Part shown: positions 8,770-16,302 of the stretch, in pieces
Layout: every line of letters starts with the position of its first letter
Position numbering within the stretch: the stretch's first letter is position 1
Origin: Pseudodesulfovibrio mercurii
GTDB taxonomy: Bacteria; Desulfobacterota; Desulfovibrionia; Desulfovibrionales; Desulfovibrionaceae
Reading direction: 5' to 3'
Assembly (NCBI RefSeq): GCF_000189295.2
Contig: NC_016803.1
Span: 1,140,001 to 1,172,000, forward strand
Length of the DNA: 32,000 nucleotides
Position numbers and translations under genes: made by a program
The notes under the pieces: model-generated
Seen by the model: the letters and a program-made list of their open reading frames with translations, nothing else
The model's database searches: none
What the model was told of the DNA's origin: nothing

Positions 8770-9702
8770 ATGCGCCCCATCGACCCGAAACAGACATCCT
8801 ACGGCTTCGCCGCCGCCCTGGCCGCCTTCCTGGGCTGGGGCCTCCTGCCCGTCTACTGGAAGGGCCTGATCACCGTGAACCCCTTCGAGATCCTCTGCCA
8901 CCGGGTGGTCTGGTCCCTGGTCTTCATCGCGGTCATCCTGACCCTGCGCCGGGGGTGGGGCGAGACCTTCTCCCCGCTCAAGTCGCCGCGCGACCTGCTC
9001 ATCCTGACGGCCAGCTCGCTCATGATCGGCTGCAACTGGCTGCTGTACATCTGGGCCGTGAACACCGACCACGTGCTCGAGACCAGCCTGGGCTATTACA
9101 TCAATCCCCTGGTCAACGTCCTGCTCGGCTTCGTCTTCTTCCGCGAGCGGCTGCGCCCGCTCCAGACAGTGGCCATCGGCCTGGCCGCCCTGGGCGTGGC
9201 CAACTCGGTCATGGCCCACGGCGAGCTGCCGTGGATCTCCCTGGCCCTGGCCGTGAGCTTCGGCCTGTACGGGCTGCTGCGCAAGATCGCCTCAGTGGAG
9301 TCCCTGCCCGGCCTATTCCTCGAGACCATGGTGCTGGGGCCCTTCGCCCTGGGCTACATCCTCTGGCTCCAGGCCCACGGCGCGTCCGCCCTGTTCCACC
9401 AGGGGCTCTCCGTGGACCTGCTGCTCCTGGGCGCGGGCGTGGTCACGGCCTCGCCGCTCATCGGCTTCGCCTACGGGGCCCGGCGGCTGCAACTGACCAC
9501 CCTGGGGCTGCTCCAGTACCTCTCCCCGTCCATCGCCTTCCTGCTCGGCGTGTACGTCTACAGGGAGCCGTTCACCCCGAGCCACCTGCTGACCTTCGCC
9601 CTGATCTGGGCAGGGCTGATCGTCTACACCGTGGAATCGGTCCTGACCATGCGCCACCAGCGCCGCCTGCGCCGCCCGGCGGCTCCCCGGCACGCGGCCT
9701 GA
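8770..9702 (+). CDS. rarD: RarD / EamA (DMT superfamily) transporter
   Basis: ATG 8770 follows GAGGAG. Close motif matches to E. coli RarD are present: ILCHRVVWS, GCNWLLYIWAVN, LETSLGYYINPLVNVLLG and LGLLQYLSPS. Confidence 0.85.
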   Translation: MRPIDPKQTSYGFAAALAAFLGWGLLPVYWKGLITVNPFEILCHRVVWSLVFIAVILTLRRGWGETFSPLKSPRDLLILTASSLMIGCNWLLYIWAVNTDHVLETSLGYYINPLVNVLLGFVFFRERLRPLQTVAIGLAALGVANSVMAHGELPWISLALAVSFGLYGLLRKIASVESLPGLFLETMVLGPFALGYILWLQAHGASALFHQGLSVDLLLLGAGVVTASPLIGFAYGARRLQLTTLGLLQYLSPSIAFLLGVYVYREPFTPSHLLTFALIWAGLIVYTVESVLTMRHQRRLRRPAAPRHAA

Positions 9703-9733
9703 CGGCCCGGTCCCGCGCCCCGTCCCCGCACCG

Positions 9734-9762
9734 TTGACAACCGCAGCTTCATCGCCTATCGT
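9734..9762 (+). promoter_or_regulatory. Putative sigma70 promoter of arsR-hgcAB
   Basis: TTGACA (9734-9739), a 17-nt spacer, then TATCGT (9757-9762). The predicted TSS is about 9769, only 2-3 nt before ATG 9772, which implies a near-leaderless arsR. Pattern match only. Confidence 0.35.
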
Positions 9763-9775
9763 CGATGTACGATGA
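9749..9775. promoter_or_regulatory. 27-bp dyad (candidate ArsR operator) overlapping the -10 element and the arsR start codon
   Basis: The sequence is TCATCG-cct-ATCG-T-CGAT-gta-CGATGA, symmetric about position 9762. Twenty of 26 positions are self-complementary. Confidence 0.35.
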
Positions 9776-10116
9776 AAGAGACTGAAGACGCCATGCAGAC
9801 CAACCCCACGGCCCGGACCGACGACGAGACGTTCCTTGCCGACGTGTGCAAGGGGTTGGCCCATCCGGCGCGCGTCAGCATCCTCCGGCGACTGCTTGCC
9901 GAGGACCGCTGCGTCTGCGGCCGCCTGGTCGAAGGGCTGCCCCTGGCCCAGTCCACGGTCAGTCAGCATCTCAAGATTCTCAAGAATGCCGGTCTGGTGC
10001 GCGGTGAGGTGGAAGGTCCCAGGACCTGCTATTGCATCGACCGCGAGACCCTGGCCCGCTTTGCCCCCCTCGTCCGCTCCCTGCTTCGCGCAGGACTCGC
10101 CAAGGAGGCGTCATGA
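9772..10116 (+). CDS. arsR: ArsR/SmtB-family metalloregulator
   Basis: The 114-aa product contains LAHPARVSILRRLL, a wHTH region QSTVSQHLKILKNAGLV, an alpha3 Cys-Val-Cys (DRCVCGRL) like the As(III)-type sensing site, and an additional CYC near the C-terminus. Confidence 0.85.
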   Translation: MKETEDAMQTNPTARTDDETFLADVCKGLAHPARVSILRRLLAEDRCVCGRLVEGLPLAQSTVSQHLKILKNAGLVRGEVEGPRTCYCIDRETLARFAPLVRSLLRAGLAKEAS

Positions 10117-10223
10117 AAGGACTCGACGACAAGCCCCTGACCGGGACCACCCCCGAGCCCCTCGAACCCCTGGCCCTGATGGCCCCGCCGGACGTTCCGG
10201 CCCGAGACGACGCGCCCTGTTGA
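10113..10223 (+). CDS. 36-codon upstream ORF in frame with hgcA, ending at a single TGA. It may be a leader peptide or the N-terminal part of a UGA-recoded HgcA.
   Basis: ATG 10113 overlaps the arsR stop (ATGA). It is preceded by AAGGAGG (10102-10108). G/C third-position bias is maintained. It shares a reading frame with the hgcA ORF 10275..11303. Confidence 0.35.
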   Translation: MKGLDDKPLTGTTPEPLEPLALMAPPDVPARDDAPC

Positions 10224-10274
10224 GGGCCCAGGCCCGACCCCCGTGCCGGGGTCTTCGAAAAGCCGGGCTACGCC

Positions 10275-11303
10275 GTGGAACCCTTTGTGGACGGCTTCGC
10301 CAGGACGGCGGCCGGTCCGGTGCCGCGCGTGCGCACCTATCTGCGCCGCGACGACCGCGTGGGCGATCTGCGCGCCCGCCTGGGCACCAACCGCCACGAC
10401 TTCAAGGTGGTGCCTGGCCTGTACTGCGTGGGCGAGCCCGACCGGACCTCGCCGGTCCTGGTCACCGCCAACTACAAGCTGACCTTCGACACCCTGCGCG
10501 AGCGGCTGACCTCCATCGACGCCTGGCTGCTGGTGGTGGATACGCGCGGCATCAACGTCTGGTGCGCGGCGGGCAAGGGGTTGTTCACCGCTTCCGAGGT
10601 GGCCTTCAGCGTCAACGCGGTCCGGCTGCACCAGGTGGTCGAGCACCGCGAACTGATCCTGCCCCAGCTGGCCGCCACGGGCGTGGCCGCCCGCGAGGTG
10701 GAGCGCATCTGCGGCTTCAAGGTCCTATGGGGCCCCATCCGGGCCAGGGACCTGCCCGCCTTCCTGCGCAACGGCAACAAGGCGGACGAGGCCATGCGCG
10801 GCGTGACCTTCACCTTACGCGAACGGGCCGCGCTCATCCCGGTGGAACTGTACCAGCTGCGCAAGCCCCTGTTCGCGGCCATTCCGCTGCTCTTCCTGCT
10901 CTCCGCCCTGGGGCCGGACCTCTTTTCCCCGCCCGCCCTGTGGCAGCGGGGCATCTCGGCCGTCACGGCCACCCTGGTCGGCGCGCTGGCGGGCAGCGTG
11001 CTGGTCCCCCTGTTCCTGAACAGGCTGCCCTGGCGGCAGTTCTGGCCCAAAGGCGCGCTGGTCGGCGGGGCCGCCGGGACCCTGGCGGCACTGTACCTGC
11101 CCGTGCACGGCTGGGCCGACCCCCTGGCCCTGACGCTCTGGGCCACGGCCGTGGCCTCCTGGCAGGCCATGAATTTCACGGGCTCGACCCCCTACACCTC
11201 GCCCTCGGGCGTGGAAAAGGAAATGCGCCGGGGCATGCCGCTCCAGGCACTGGCCGCGCTGGCCGCCGCAGGGCTGTGGCTGGCCGGGCCGTTCCTCGGT
11301 TGA
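10275..11303 (+). CDS. hgcA: HgcA, the corrinoid protein of the mercury methylation system
   Basis: The 342-codon ORF starts at GTG 10275; in-frame GTG 10287 gives 338 aa. The diagnostic cap-helix motif is GINVWCAAGKG, with the Cys codon at 10563-10565. The C-terminal half has about 5 predicted TM helices. hgcB follows 14 nt downstream. Neither GTG has a clear SD (see findings). Confidence 0.9.
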   Translation: MEPFVDGFARTAAGPVPRVRTYLRRDDRVGDLRARLGTNRHDFKVVPGLYCVGEPDRTSPVLVTANYKLTFDTLRERLTSIDAWLLVVDTRGINVWCAAGKGLFTASEVAFSVNAVRLHQVVEHRELILPQLAATGVAAREVERICGFKVLWGPIRARDLPAFLRNGNKADEAMRGVTFTLRERAALIPVELYQLRKPLFAAIPLLFLLSALGPDLFSPPALWQRGISAVTATLVGALAGSVLVPLFLNRLPWRQFWPKGALVGGAAGTLAALYLPVHGWADPLALTLWATAVASWQAMNFTGSTPYTSPSGVEKEMRRGMPLQALAALAAAGLWLAGPFLG

Positions 11304-11317
11304 CCGGGAGACTGATG

Positions 11318-11605
11318 ATGAAGGATTTCCGCTATATCGACGGCGTGTCCAGCCTGGCGCTCGACACGGACAAGTGCGTGGGCTGCGGGTCCTGCGTGGA
11401 CGTCTGCCCGCACCGCATCCTGGCCGTGCGGGAGCGCAAGACGACCATCCTCGACTTCGACGCCTGCATGGAGTGCGGGGCCTGCGCCCGCAACTGCCCG
11501 GTGGAGGCGATCACCGTCACCCCCGGCACGGGCTGCGCCGCCTACCTGGTCTCGGTCTGGCTGCACCGGCTGACCGGGCGCAAGATCGACGCCGCCTGCT
11601 GCTAG
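11318..11605 (+). CDS. hgcB: HgcB, the 2x[4Fe-4S] ferredoxin partner of HgcA
   Basis: GGGAG lies 7 nt upstream; ATG 11315 is also possible. The 95-aa product has two CX2CX2CX3C motifs (CVGCGSCVDVC, CMECGACARNC), an extra Cys73 and a C-terminal Cys94-Cys95. Confidence 0.9.
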   Translation: MKDFRYIDGVSSLALDTDKCVGCGSCVDVCPHRILAVRERKTTILDFDACMECGACARNCPVEAITVTPGTGCAAYLVSVWLHRLTGRKIDAACC

Positions 11606-12156
11606 TCCGCGAGCAGGGCGGGCAGCTCGGCCACGGTCAGGACCCGCGCGTAGGCCGCGCCCAGGGCGGCCAGAAACGCGCCGTGCACCTGGCCCGCCGG
11701 GATGGTCCGCCCGGCGAAGACGAGGTCGCGGGTGGCCGAGGCATCGGCCAGGACCAGGCAATCGAAGCCGAGGTCCGCGGCCGCGCGTACCCCGGCGTCC
11801 AGGCACATGTGGGTCATCATTCCGGCCACGGCCAGCCGTTCCACCCCGGCCGCACGCAATTGCGCGAGCAGGTCCGTGTCCCGGAAGCTGTTGGGATAGT
11901 GCTTGGTGATTACGGACTCCCCCTCCAGCGGGCGGACCGACCCGTGGATGGCCGCGCCCTCGGTGCCGGGCAGGAAGAAGGTCGCGCCCTCGTACGTGGA
12001 TTCGTGGCGGACGTGGTACACGGGCAGGCCGCGCTTCCGGAACAACGCGAGAGCCTCGGCCGCGCGGGCCGAAGCCTCCGGGCCGCCGACGAGTTCCATG
12101 CGTCCGCCGGGGAAATAGTCGTTTTGCAGATCGATGAGCAACAGCGCCGTGAGCAT
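11602..12156 (-). CDS. Isochorismatase-family cysteine hydrolase
   Basis: The 184-aa product contains LLLIDLQNDYF and the catalytic-Cys region VAGMMTHMCLDA. Its stop overlaps the hgcB stop by 4 nt (CTAG), in convergent orientation. Confidence 0.85.
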   Translation of the reverse strand: MLTALLLIDLQNDYFPGGRMELVGGPEASARAAEALALFRKRGLPVYHVRHESTYEGATFFLPGTEGAAIHGSVRPLEGESVITKHYPNSFRDTDLLAQLRAAGVERLAVAGMMTHMCLDAGVRAAADLGFDCLVLADASATRDLVFAGRTIPAGQVHGAFLAALGAAYARVLTVAELPALLAD

Positions 12157-12261
12157 GTGGGCCTCCGTTTTTTTTCGTCACGGTACCCGCCTCGCCGCGA
12201 CGGGGTCCAATCGCTTTCCCCGATGTGCCCTTTCGAATATCCGATTTCCTAATCTGAAGGC

Positions 12262-12290
12262 TTGCCCGAACGTTGGCCCTGCGCTATACA
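12262..12290 (+). promoter_or_regulatory. Putative sigma70 promoter for the DsrE-like gene
   Basis: TTGCCC (12262-12267), a 17-nt spacer, then TATACA (12285-12290). Pattern match only. Confidence 0.3.
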
Positions 12291-12343
12291 ATTAAGAATC
12301 GGACAAGTACCCGAACATAAACCCTGTTGCCCCGGATTCGACC

Positions 12344-12697
12344 ATGACCGACCTGCCCGCGCACGATTCCCTGTGCGTCGTCTGGACCTCCTCCGACCCC
12401 GAAGTGGCCGACAACCTGGCCTTCATGTATGCGCACAACGCCCTGCGCGAGGGGTGGTGGGAACGGGTCCGGCTGATCATCTGGGGACCCTCGGCCGCCC
12501 TGGCCGCCCGTGACGGACACATCCGGGCGCGGATCACGGAGATGCTGGACGACGGCGTGGAGGTCTGGGCCTGCCGGGCCTGCGCAGAGAACTACGGCGT
12601 GGTCGACTCCCTCGAAGCGCTGGGCGCACACGTGCTCTACGTGGGCAAACCCTTCACCGACATGCTCAAGGGCGGCTGGACCCAGCTGACCTTCTGA
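12344..12697 (+). CDS. DsrE/DsrF-like family protein (117 aa)
   Basis: The size, alpha/beta pattern and the segment VEVWACRACAENYG resemble DsrE-like sulfur-relay/peroxiredoxin-like proteins. The assignment is from memory of the family and is not verified. Confidence 0.55.
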   Translation: MTDLPAHDSLCVVWTSSDPEVADNLAFMYAHNALREGWWERVRLIIWGPSAALAARDGHIRARITEMLDDGVEVWACRACAENYGVVDSLEALGAHVLYVGKPFTDMLKGGWTQLTF

Positions 12698-12738
12698 GGC
12701 GGGCCGACGCAGGAAACGGGTACAGAGCGGAGACACAG

Positions 12739-13167
12739 GTGAACGACACGCAGCGCCATACGACCCACGCGCCGGACAACCCCGTGCACATCCTCGTCGC
12801 CGAGGACTCGGAGAGCAACCAGATGCTCCTCTCCCTGTACCTGAACGATTCCGGCTACGCCCTGGACTTCGCCATGAACGGCCGCGACGCCGTGGAACGC
12901 TTCAAGAGCGGCTCCTACGGCCTGGTGCTCATGGACATCTTCATGCCCGTCCTGGACGGGCTGGACGCCACCCGCGAGATCCGCGCCTTCGAAAAGGAGC
13001 GGGGGCTCGCCCCGGTGCCCATCGTGGCCGTGTCGGCCAACGCCTTTGACGAGGACAGGAAGCGCTCCATGAAGGCGGGCTGCTCCGATTTCCTGGCCAA
13101 GCCCATCCGCAAGATTCCGCTGCTCAAGTTTCTCGCCGACACCCTCGGCAAAAAACCGCTGCCATGA
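12739..13167 (+). CDS. Single-domain response regulator
   Basis: GTG start. The product contains ILVAEDSESNQ, LVLMDIFMPVLDG, VAVSANA and LAKP. Its stop overlaps the start of the downstream kinase (ATGA). Confidence 0.8.
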   Translation: MNDTQRHTTHAPDNPVHILVAEDSESNQMLLSLYLNDSGYALDFAMNGRDAVERFKSGSYGLVLMDIFMPVLDGLDATREIRAFEKERGLAPVPIVAVSANAFDEDRKRSMKAGCSDFLAKPIRKIPLLKFLADTLGKKPLP

Positions 13168-15215
13168 CCCGCGCAGCCCTCCTCCGCAACATCCTCAAAC
13201 TACAGGAACCGGAAGCCGCACTGGCCTGCCGGACGGAGGGGGGACCGCCGGGCGAGGCGCGCATCATCGAGGCCAACGAGGCCGCCAGCGCCCTGCTCGG
13301 CCTGAGCCGGGAGGAACTGCTGGACCGGACGCCCGGCGAGGTCATCACCAATTTCGCGGCCCTGGCCGGAGACGCGCCCGCCTTCGAGACCGGCTCCCAG
13401 CGCATCGAGCACACCCTGTGCGGCAAAGGCCGGGCCACGCCCGTGGAGATCCGCTCCCACGGCCTGGACCTCGACGGCGATCCCCTCTTCGTCCTCATCC
13501 TCCGGGACATCACCGTGCGGCGACGGCGGGAGATGAAGAACGACCTGGACGAACAGCGGTTCAAGACCCTGTACAGCCTGTCGCGAATGATCAACCGACC
13601 CGAAGAGCACATCCTGGACTACGCCCTGGTGCAGAGCGTGTACATGACCGACAGCCGCATGGGCTACATCGGCTTCCTGGACGAAACCGAGTCCCGGCTG
13701 CTCCTGCGCCCCTGGACCGTGCCCGGCCTGGGCGAGTGCACCGTGAAGGACAGATCGCGGGTCTTCGCCATCGAAGGGGCCGGGCTGTGGGCCGAGGCCG
13801 TGCGCCAGCGCCGACCGATCATCACCAACGACTACGCCTCGGCCCCGAACAGGCGGGGCACCCCCGAAGGGCATGTGCCGCTCGTCCGACACATGAACGT
13901 CCCGGTCATGGACAACAACCGCATCCGGATGCTGGTCGGCGTGGCCAACAAGGACGAGGACTACACCGAATCCGACGTGGTCCAGCTCTCCCTGATCATG
14001 GAGGGGGTCTGGCACATCATCCAGCGCAAGCGCATGGAGGCCGACCTGATCCGGGCCATGCGCGAGGCCCGCCAAGCCGACCGGGCCAAGAGCCAGTTCC
14101 TGGCCAACATGAGCCACGAGCTGCGCACCCCCCTAAACGGCATCATGGGCATGACCCAACTCCTCCTGGGCAGCGGGGGGCTGACCGAGGAACAGCGGGA
14201 ATACCTGTCCCTCAGCCTGGAATCGAGCATCAACCTGTCCGGGGTGCTGACCTCCCTGCTCGACCTGTCGAGCATCGAATCCGGCGGCACCGGGCTGACC
14301 CGGACGGACTTCGACCTGCCCGACGTCATCCGGTCCGCCGTGACCCCCCAGCTCCCCCAGGCCGAACTCAAGGGGCTGCAACTCGCCTGCCGCCTGGACG
14401 GCTCCGTCCCGGCGCGGGCTCACGGCGACGGGGAAAAACTGCGTCAGATCATCGTCAACCTGGTGCACAACGGGGTGAAGTTCACCCAGGAGGGGTTGGT
14501 CACGGTGACCGCCTCCTGCGCGCCGCGCGAGGACGTCCCGGACGGGATCACACTGTCCGTCTCGGTGGCGGACACCGGCGTGGGCATCCCCGAGGACAAG
14601 CGCGAGGCCGTGTTCGAGAGCTTCATGCTCGGCGAGGAGTACATGACCAAGCGGTACAGCGGCCTGGGCCTCGGCCTGACCATCTCCCGCAAGCTGGCCG
14701 AACTCATGGGCGGAACCCTCGAACTCGAACACCACACGGGCAAGGGGTCCGTGTTCACCCTGAAGGTGCCCCTGCTGCGCCGGACGAACTGGACCGAGTT
14801 CCCTGCCCCGGACGAAACGACCGACCCGAAGCTGAACATCCTGGTGGCCGAGGACGAGGAGATCAACGCCCTGGCCACCTCGCGCCTGCTGCGCACGCAG
14901 GGCCACGCCGCCATCGTGGTGGACAACGGCCAGCGCGCCATCGACGCCCTGATGCGGGGCGGTTTCGACATGGTCCTCATGGATGTGCAGATGCCGGTCA
15001 TCAACGGCCTGGAGGTCACGGAGATCATCCGTTCGGGCGCGGCCGAGGGCATCGACGCGGGCATCCCGATCATCGGCCTGACCGCCTTTGCCGACGAGGG
15101 AGACCGCGCCCGGTTCCTCGACGCGGGCATGGACGATGTCGTGACCAAGCCCTTCGACGCCCACCGGCTCCTGGACGCCGTGCGCCTGGTGGCCCGGACC
15201 CGCGGACGCGTCTGA
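13164..15215 (+). CDS. Hybrid sensor histidine kinase (PAS-GAF-HisKA-HATPase-receiver)
   Basis: The 683-aa product has the H-box FLANMSHELRTPLNGI, N/G boxes (NLVHNGVKFT, DTGVGIP, GLGLGLTIS) and a C-terminal receiver (ILVAEDEEINA, MVLMDVQMPVINGLE, TKP). Confidence 0.9.
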   Translation: MTRAALLRNILKLQEPEAALACRTEGGPPGEARIIEANEAASALLGLSREELLDRTPGEVITNFAALAGDAPAFETGSQRIEHTLCGKGRATPVEIRSHGLDLDGDPLFVLILRDITVRRRREMKNDLDEQRFKTLYSLSRMINRPEEHILDYALVQSVYMTDSRMGYIGFLDETESRLLLRPWTVPGLGECTVKDRSRVFAIEGAGLWAEAVRQRRPIITNDYASAPNRRGTPEGHVPLVRHMNVPVMDNNRIRMLVGVANKDEDYTESDVVQLSLIMEGVWHIIQRKRMEADLIRAMREARQADRAKSQFLANMSHELRTPLNGIMGMTQLLLGSGGLTEEQREYLSLSLESSINLSGVLTSLLDLSSIESGGTGLTRTDFDLPDVIRSAVTPQLPQAELKGLQLACRLDGSVPARAHGDGEKLRQIIVNLVHNGVKFTQEGLVTVTASCAPREDVPDGITLSVSVADTGVGIPEDKREAVFESFMLGEEYMTKRYSGLGLGLTISRKLAELMGGTLELEHHTGKGSVFTLKVPLLRRTNWTEFPAPDETTDPKLNILVAEDEEINALATSRLLRTQGHAAIVVDNGQRAIDALMRGGFDMVLMDVQMPVINGLEVTEIIRSGAAEGIDAGIPIIGLTAFADEGDRARFLDAGMDDVVTKPFDAHRLLDAVRLVARTRGRV

Positions 15216-15228
15216 GCCCGGCCCGCGC

Positions 15229-15258
15229 AAAAAAGGCCGCACCCTCGCGGGCACGGCC
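15229..15258 (-). terminator. Probable rho-independent terminator downstream of etfA
   Basis: GGCCG...CGGCC plus an inner CCC/GGG hairpin (15235-15258). It is followed on the minus strand by a T6 run (A-run 15229-15234 on the plus strand). Confidence 0.45.
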
Positions 15259-15283
15259 TCAATCATGCATCCATGAGCCCGGA

Positions 15284-16291
15284 TCAGCCGAGCAGTTCGT
15301 TGACCTTCTTCATGACCGCGAAGGCGTCGGCCACGTAGAGCACGTCGCACTTGCCCTGGGCCCAGCCGCAACCGGCGTCCAGGTTGATGGCCCGGCGCTC
15401 CTTGATGAAGCGCCAGCCGACCACGTGTGGCTCCTCGCCGTGGCAGCAGGTGGACAGTCCCTTGGGATGGCGCGGGGTCGCGCCGGTCTGCCCCACCTGG
15501 TGCATGTGCGTCAGGAACGAGATGACCGCGCCGCCCTCGCCCGAGATGTCCACCAGGGACTTGGATGAGCCGAGCGACGACTTGGTGGCGTCCAAGAAGG
15601 ACAGGATGGTCGATTCGGCCACGTCCACGTGGGTCGCGCCGTCGGCCTGCTTCTTGGTCCAGCCCGCGCCCGCGACGAAGAGCAGCGCCGCGTCCGGACG
15701 GATGGTCTGCTGGTCCTCGGAGGCGCACTCCATGCCCGCCACCCTGGTGCGCGAGGCCACGGCCACGTCCAGGGTCTCCACGTCCGCCGCGCCCGCGCCC
15801 TCGAAGGGTTCGGCGCAGCCGGAATCGAGGGTCAGGACCCAGGGCCGCTCGTCGCGGGTCAGGGTGCCCTCCATGCGCTGGCGGTAGAACCAGCGTTTGG
15901 CCACGGGCTTGCCGTCCTCCACGGACAGGCCGGACAGGTGGGTGTCCACCCGGCCGCCCAGGCGCACGGCCAGACCCGGCAGGGCGCGGCTGAAGCGCGA
16001 GGTGGCCGGGGCCACGACGATCTCGGCGCTGCACGCCTTGGCGATGGCCTCCGCGGCCGCCAGGTCCGAGGCGTAGCGCCCGTCCGCGAAGTCCGCGCCG
16101 GACACCGCGTATAATTTGGCGTTGCAGCCGCCGATGGTCCCGGCGGCCTCGGCAACGTCCGCGCCGATCAGGCCCACGGCCAGCTCGGCACCCAGGCCGT
16201 CGGCCAGCGCCTTGGCGGCGGTCAGGACCTCAAGGGCCGACTTGTGCAGGGAATTGTCGCATTCCGTGTGTGCAAGAAACAAAACAGTCAT
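15284..16291 (-). CDS. etfA: Electron transfer flavoprotein alpha-subunit-like protein (divergent)
   Basis: ATG 16291 follows GGGGG. The protein has the EtfA two-domain layout. Its C-terminal FAD-binding region reads ...GLSTCCHGEEPHVVGWRFIKERRAINLD..., recognisable against the canonical GISGAIQH..G......AIN signature but divergent from it. Confidence 0.8.
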   Translation of the reverse strand: MTVLFLAHTECDNSLHKSALEVLTAAKALADGLGAELAVGLIGADVAEAAGTIGGCNAKLYAVSGADFADGRYASDLAAAEAIAKACSAEIVVAPATSRFSRALPGLAVRLGGRVDTHLSGLSVEDGKPVAKRWFYRQRMEGTLTRDERPWVLTLDSGCAEPFEGAGAADVETLDVAVASRTRVAGMECASEDQQTIRPDAALLFVAGAGWTKKQADGATHVDVAESTILSFLDATKSSLGSSKSLVDISGEGGAVISFLTHMHQVGQTGATPRHPKGLSTCCHGEEPHVVGWRFIKERRAINLDAGCGWAQGKCDVLYVADAFAVMKKVNELLG

Positions 16292-16302
16292 GGCGATACC
16301 CC

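Noticed and set aside
3507-9702. Very long ORFs 3507..5696 (+), 5358..6212 (-), 5672..6610 (+), the first roughly 740 codons of 6550..9702 (+), and 2680..4089 (-).
   Set aside because: Each overlaps a well-supported gene in another frame or strand (acyl-CoA synthetase, racemase, azlCD, MocR regulator, PPIase). Each has shadow-ORF composition. Only the last 311 codons of 6550..9702 (rarD, from ATG 8770) are real.
10117-10286. A possible cobalamin riboswitch in the arsR-hgcA spacer, considered because HgcA is a corrinoid protein.
   Set aside because: I could not find a B12-box-like element (GCCACTG-type core) or the expected multi-helix architecture. The spacer instead keeps coding-like third-position bias in the hgcA frame. 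An Rfam scan (RF00174) would settle this.
11602-11605. A 4-nt overlap (CTAG) of the convergent hgcB and isochorismatase-family stop codons, with no terminator between them.
   Set aside because: It is real in the sequence but common in compact genomes. I see no evidence for antisense regulation. It is noted only as context for hgcAB 3'-end formation.
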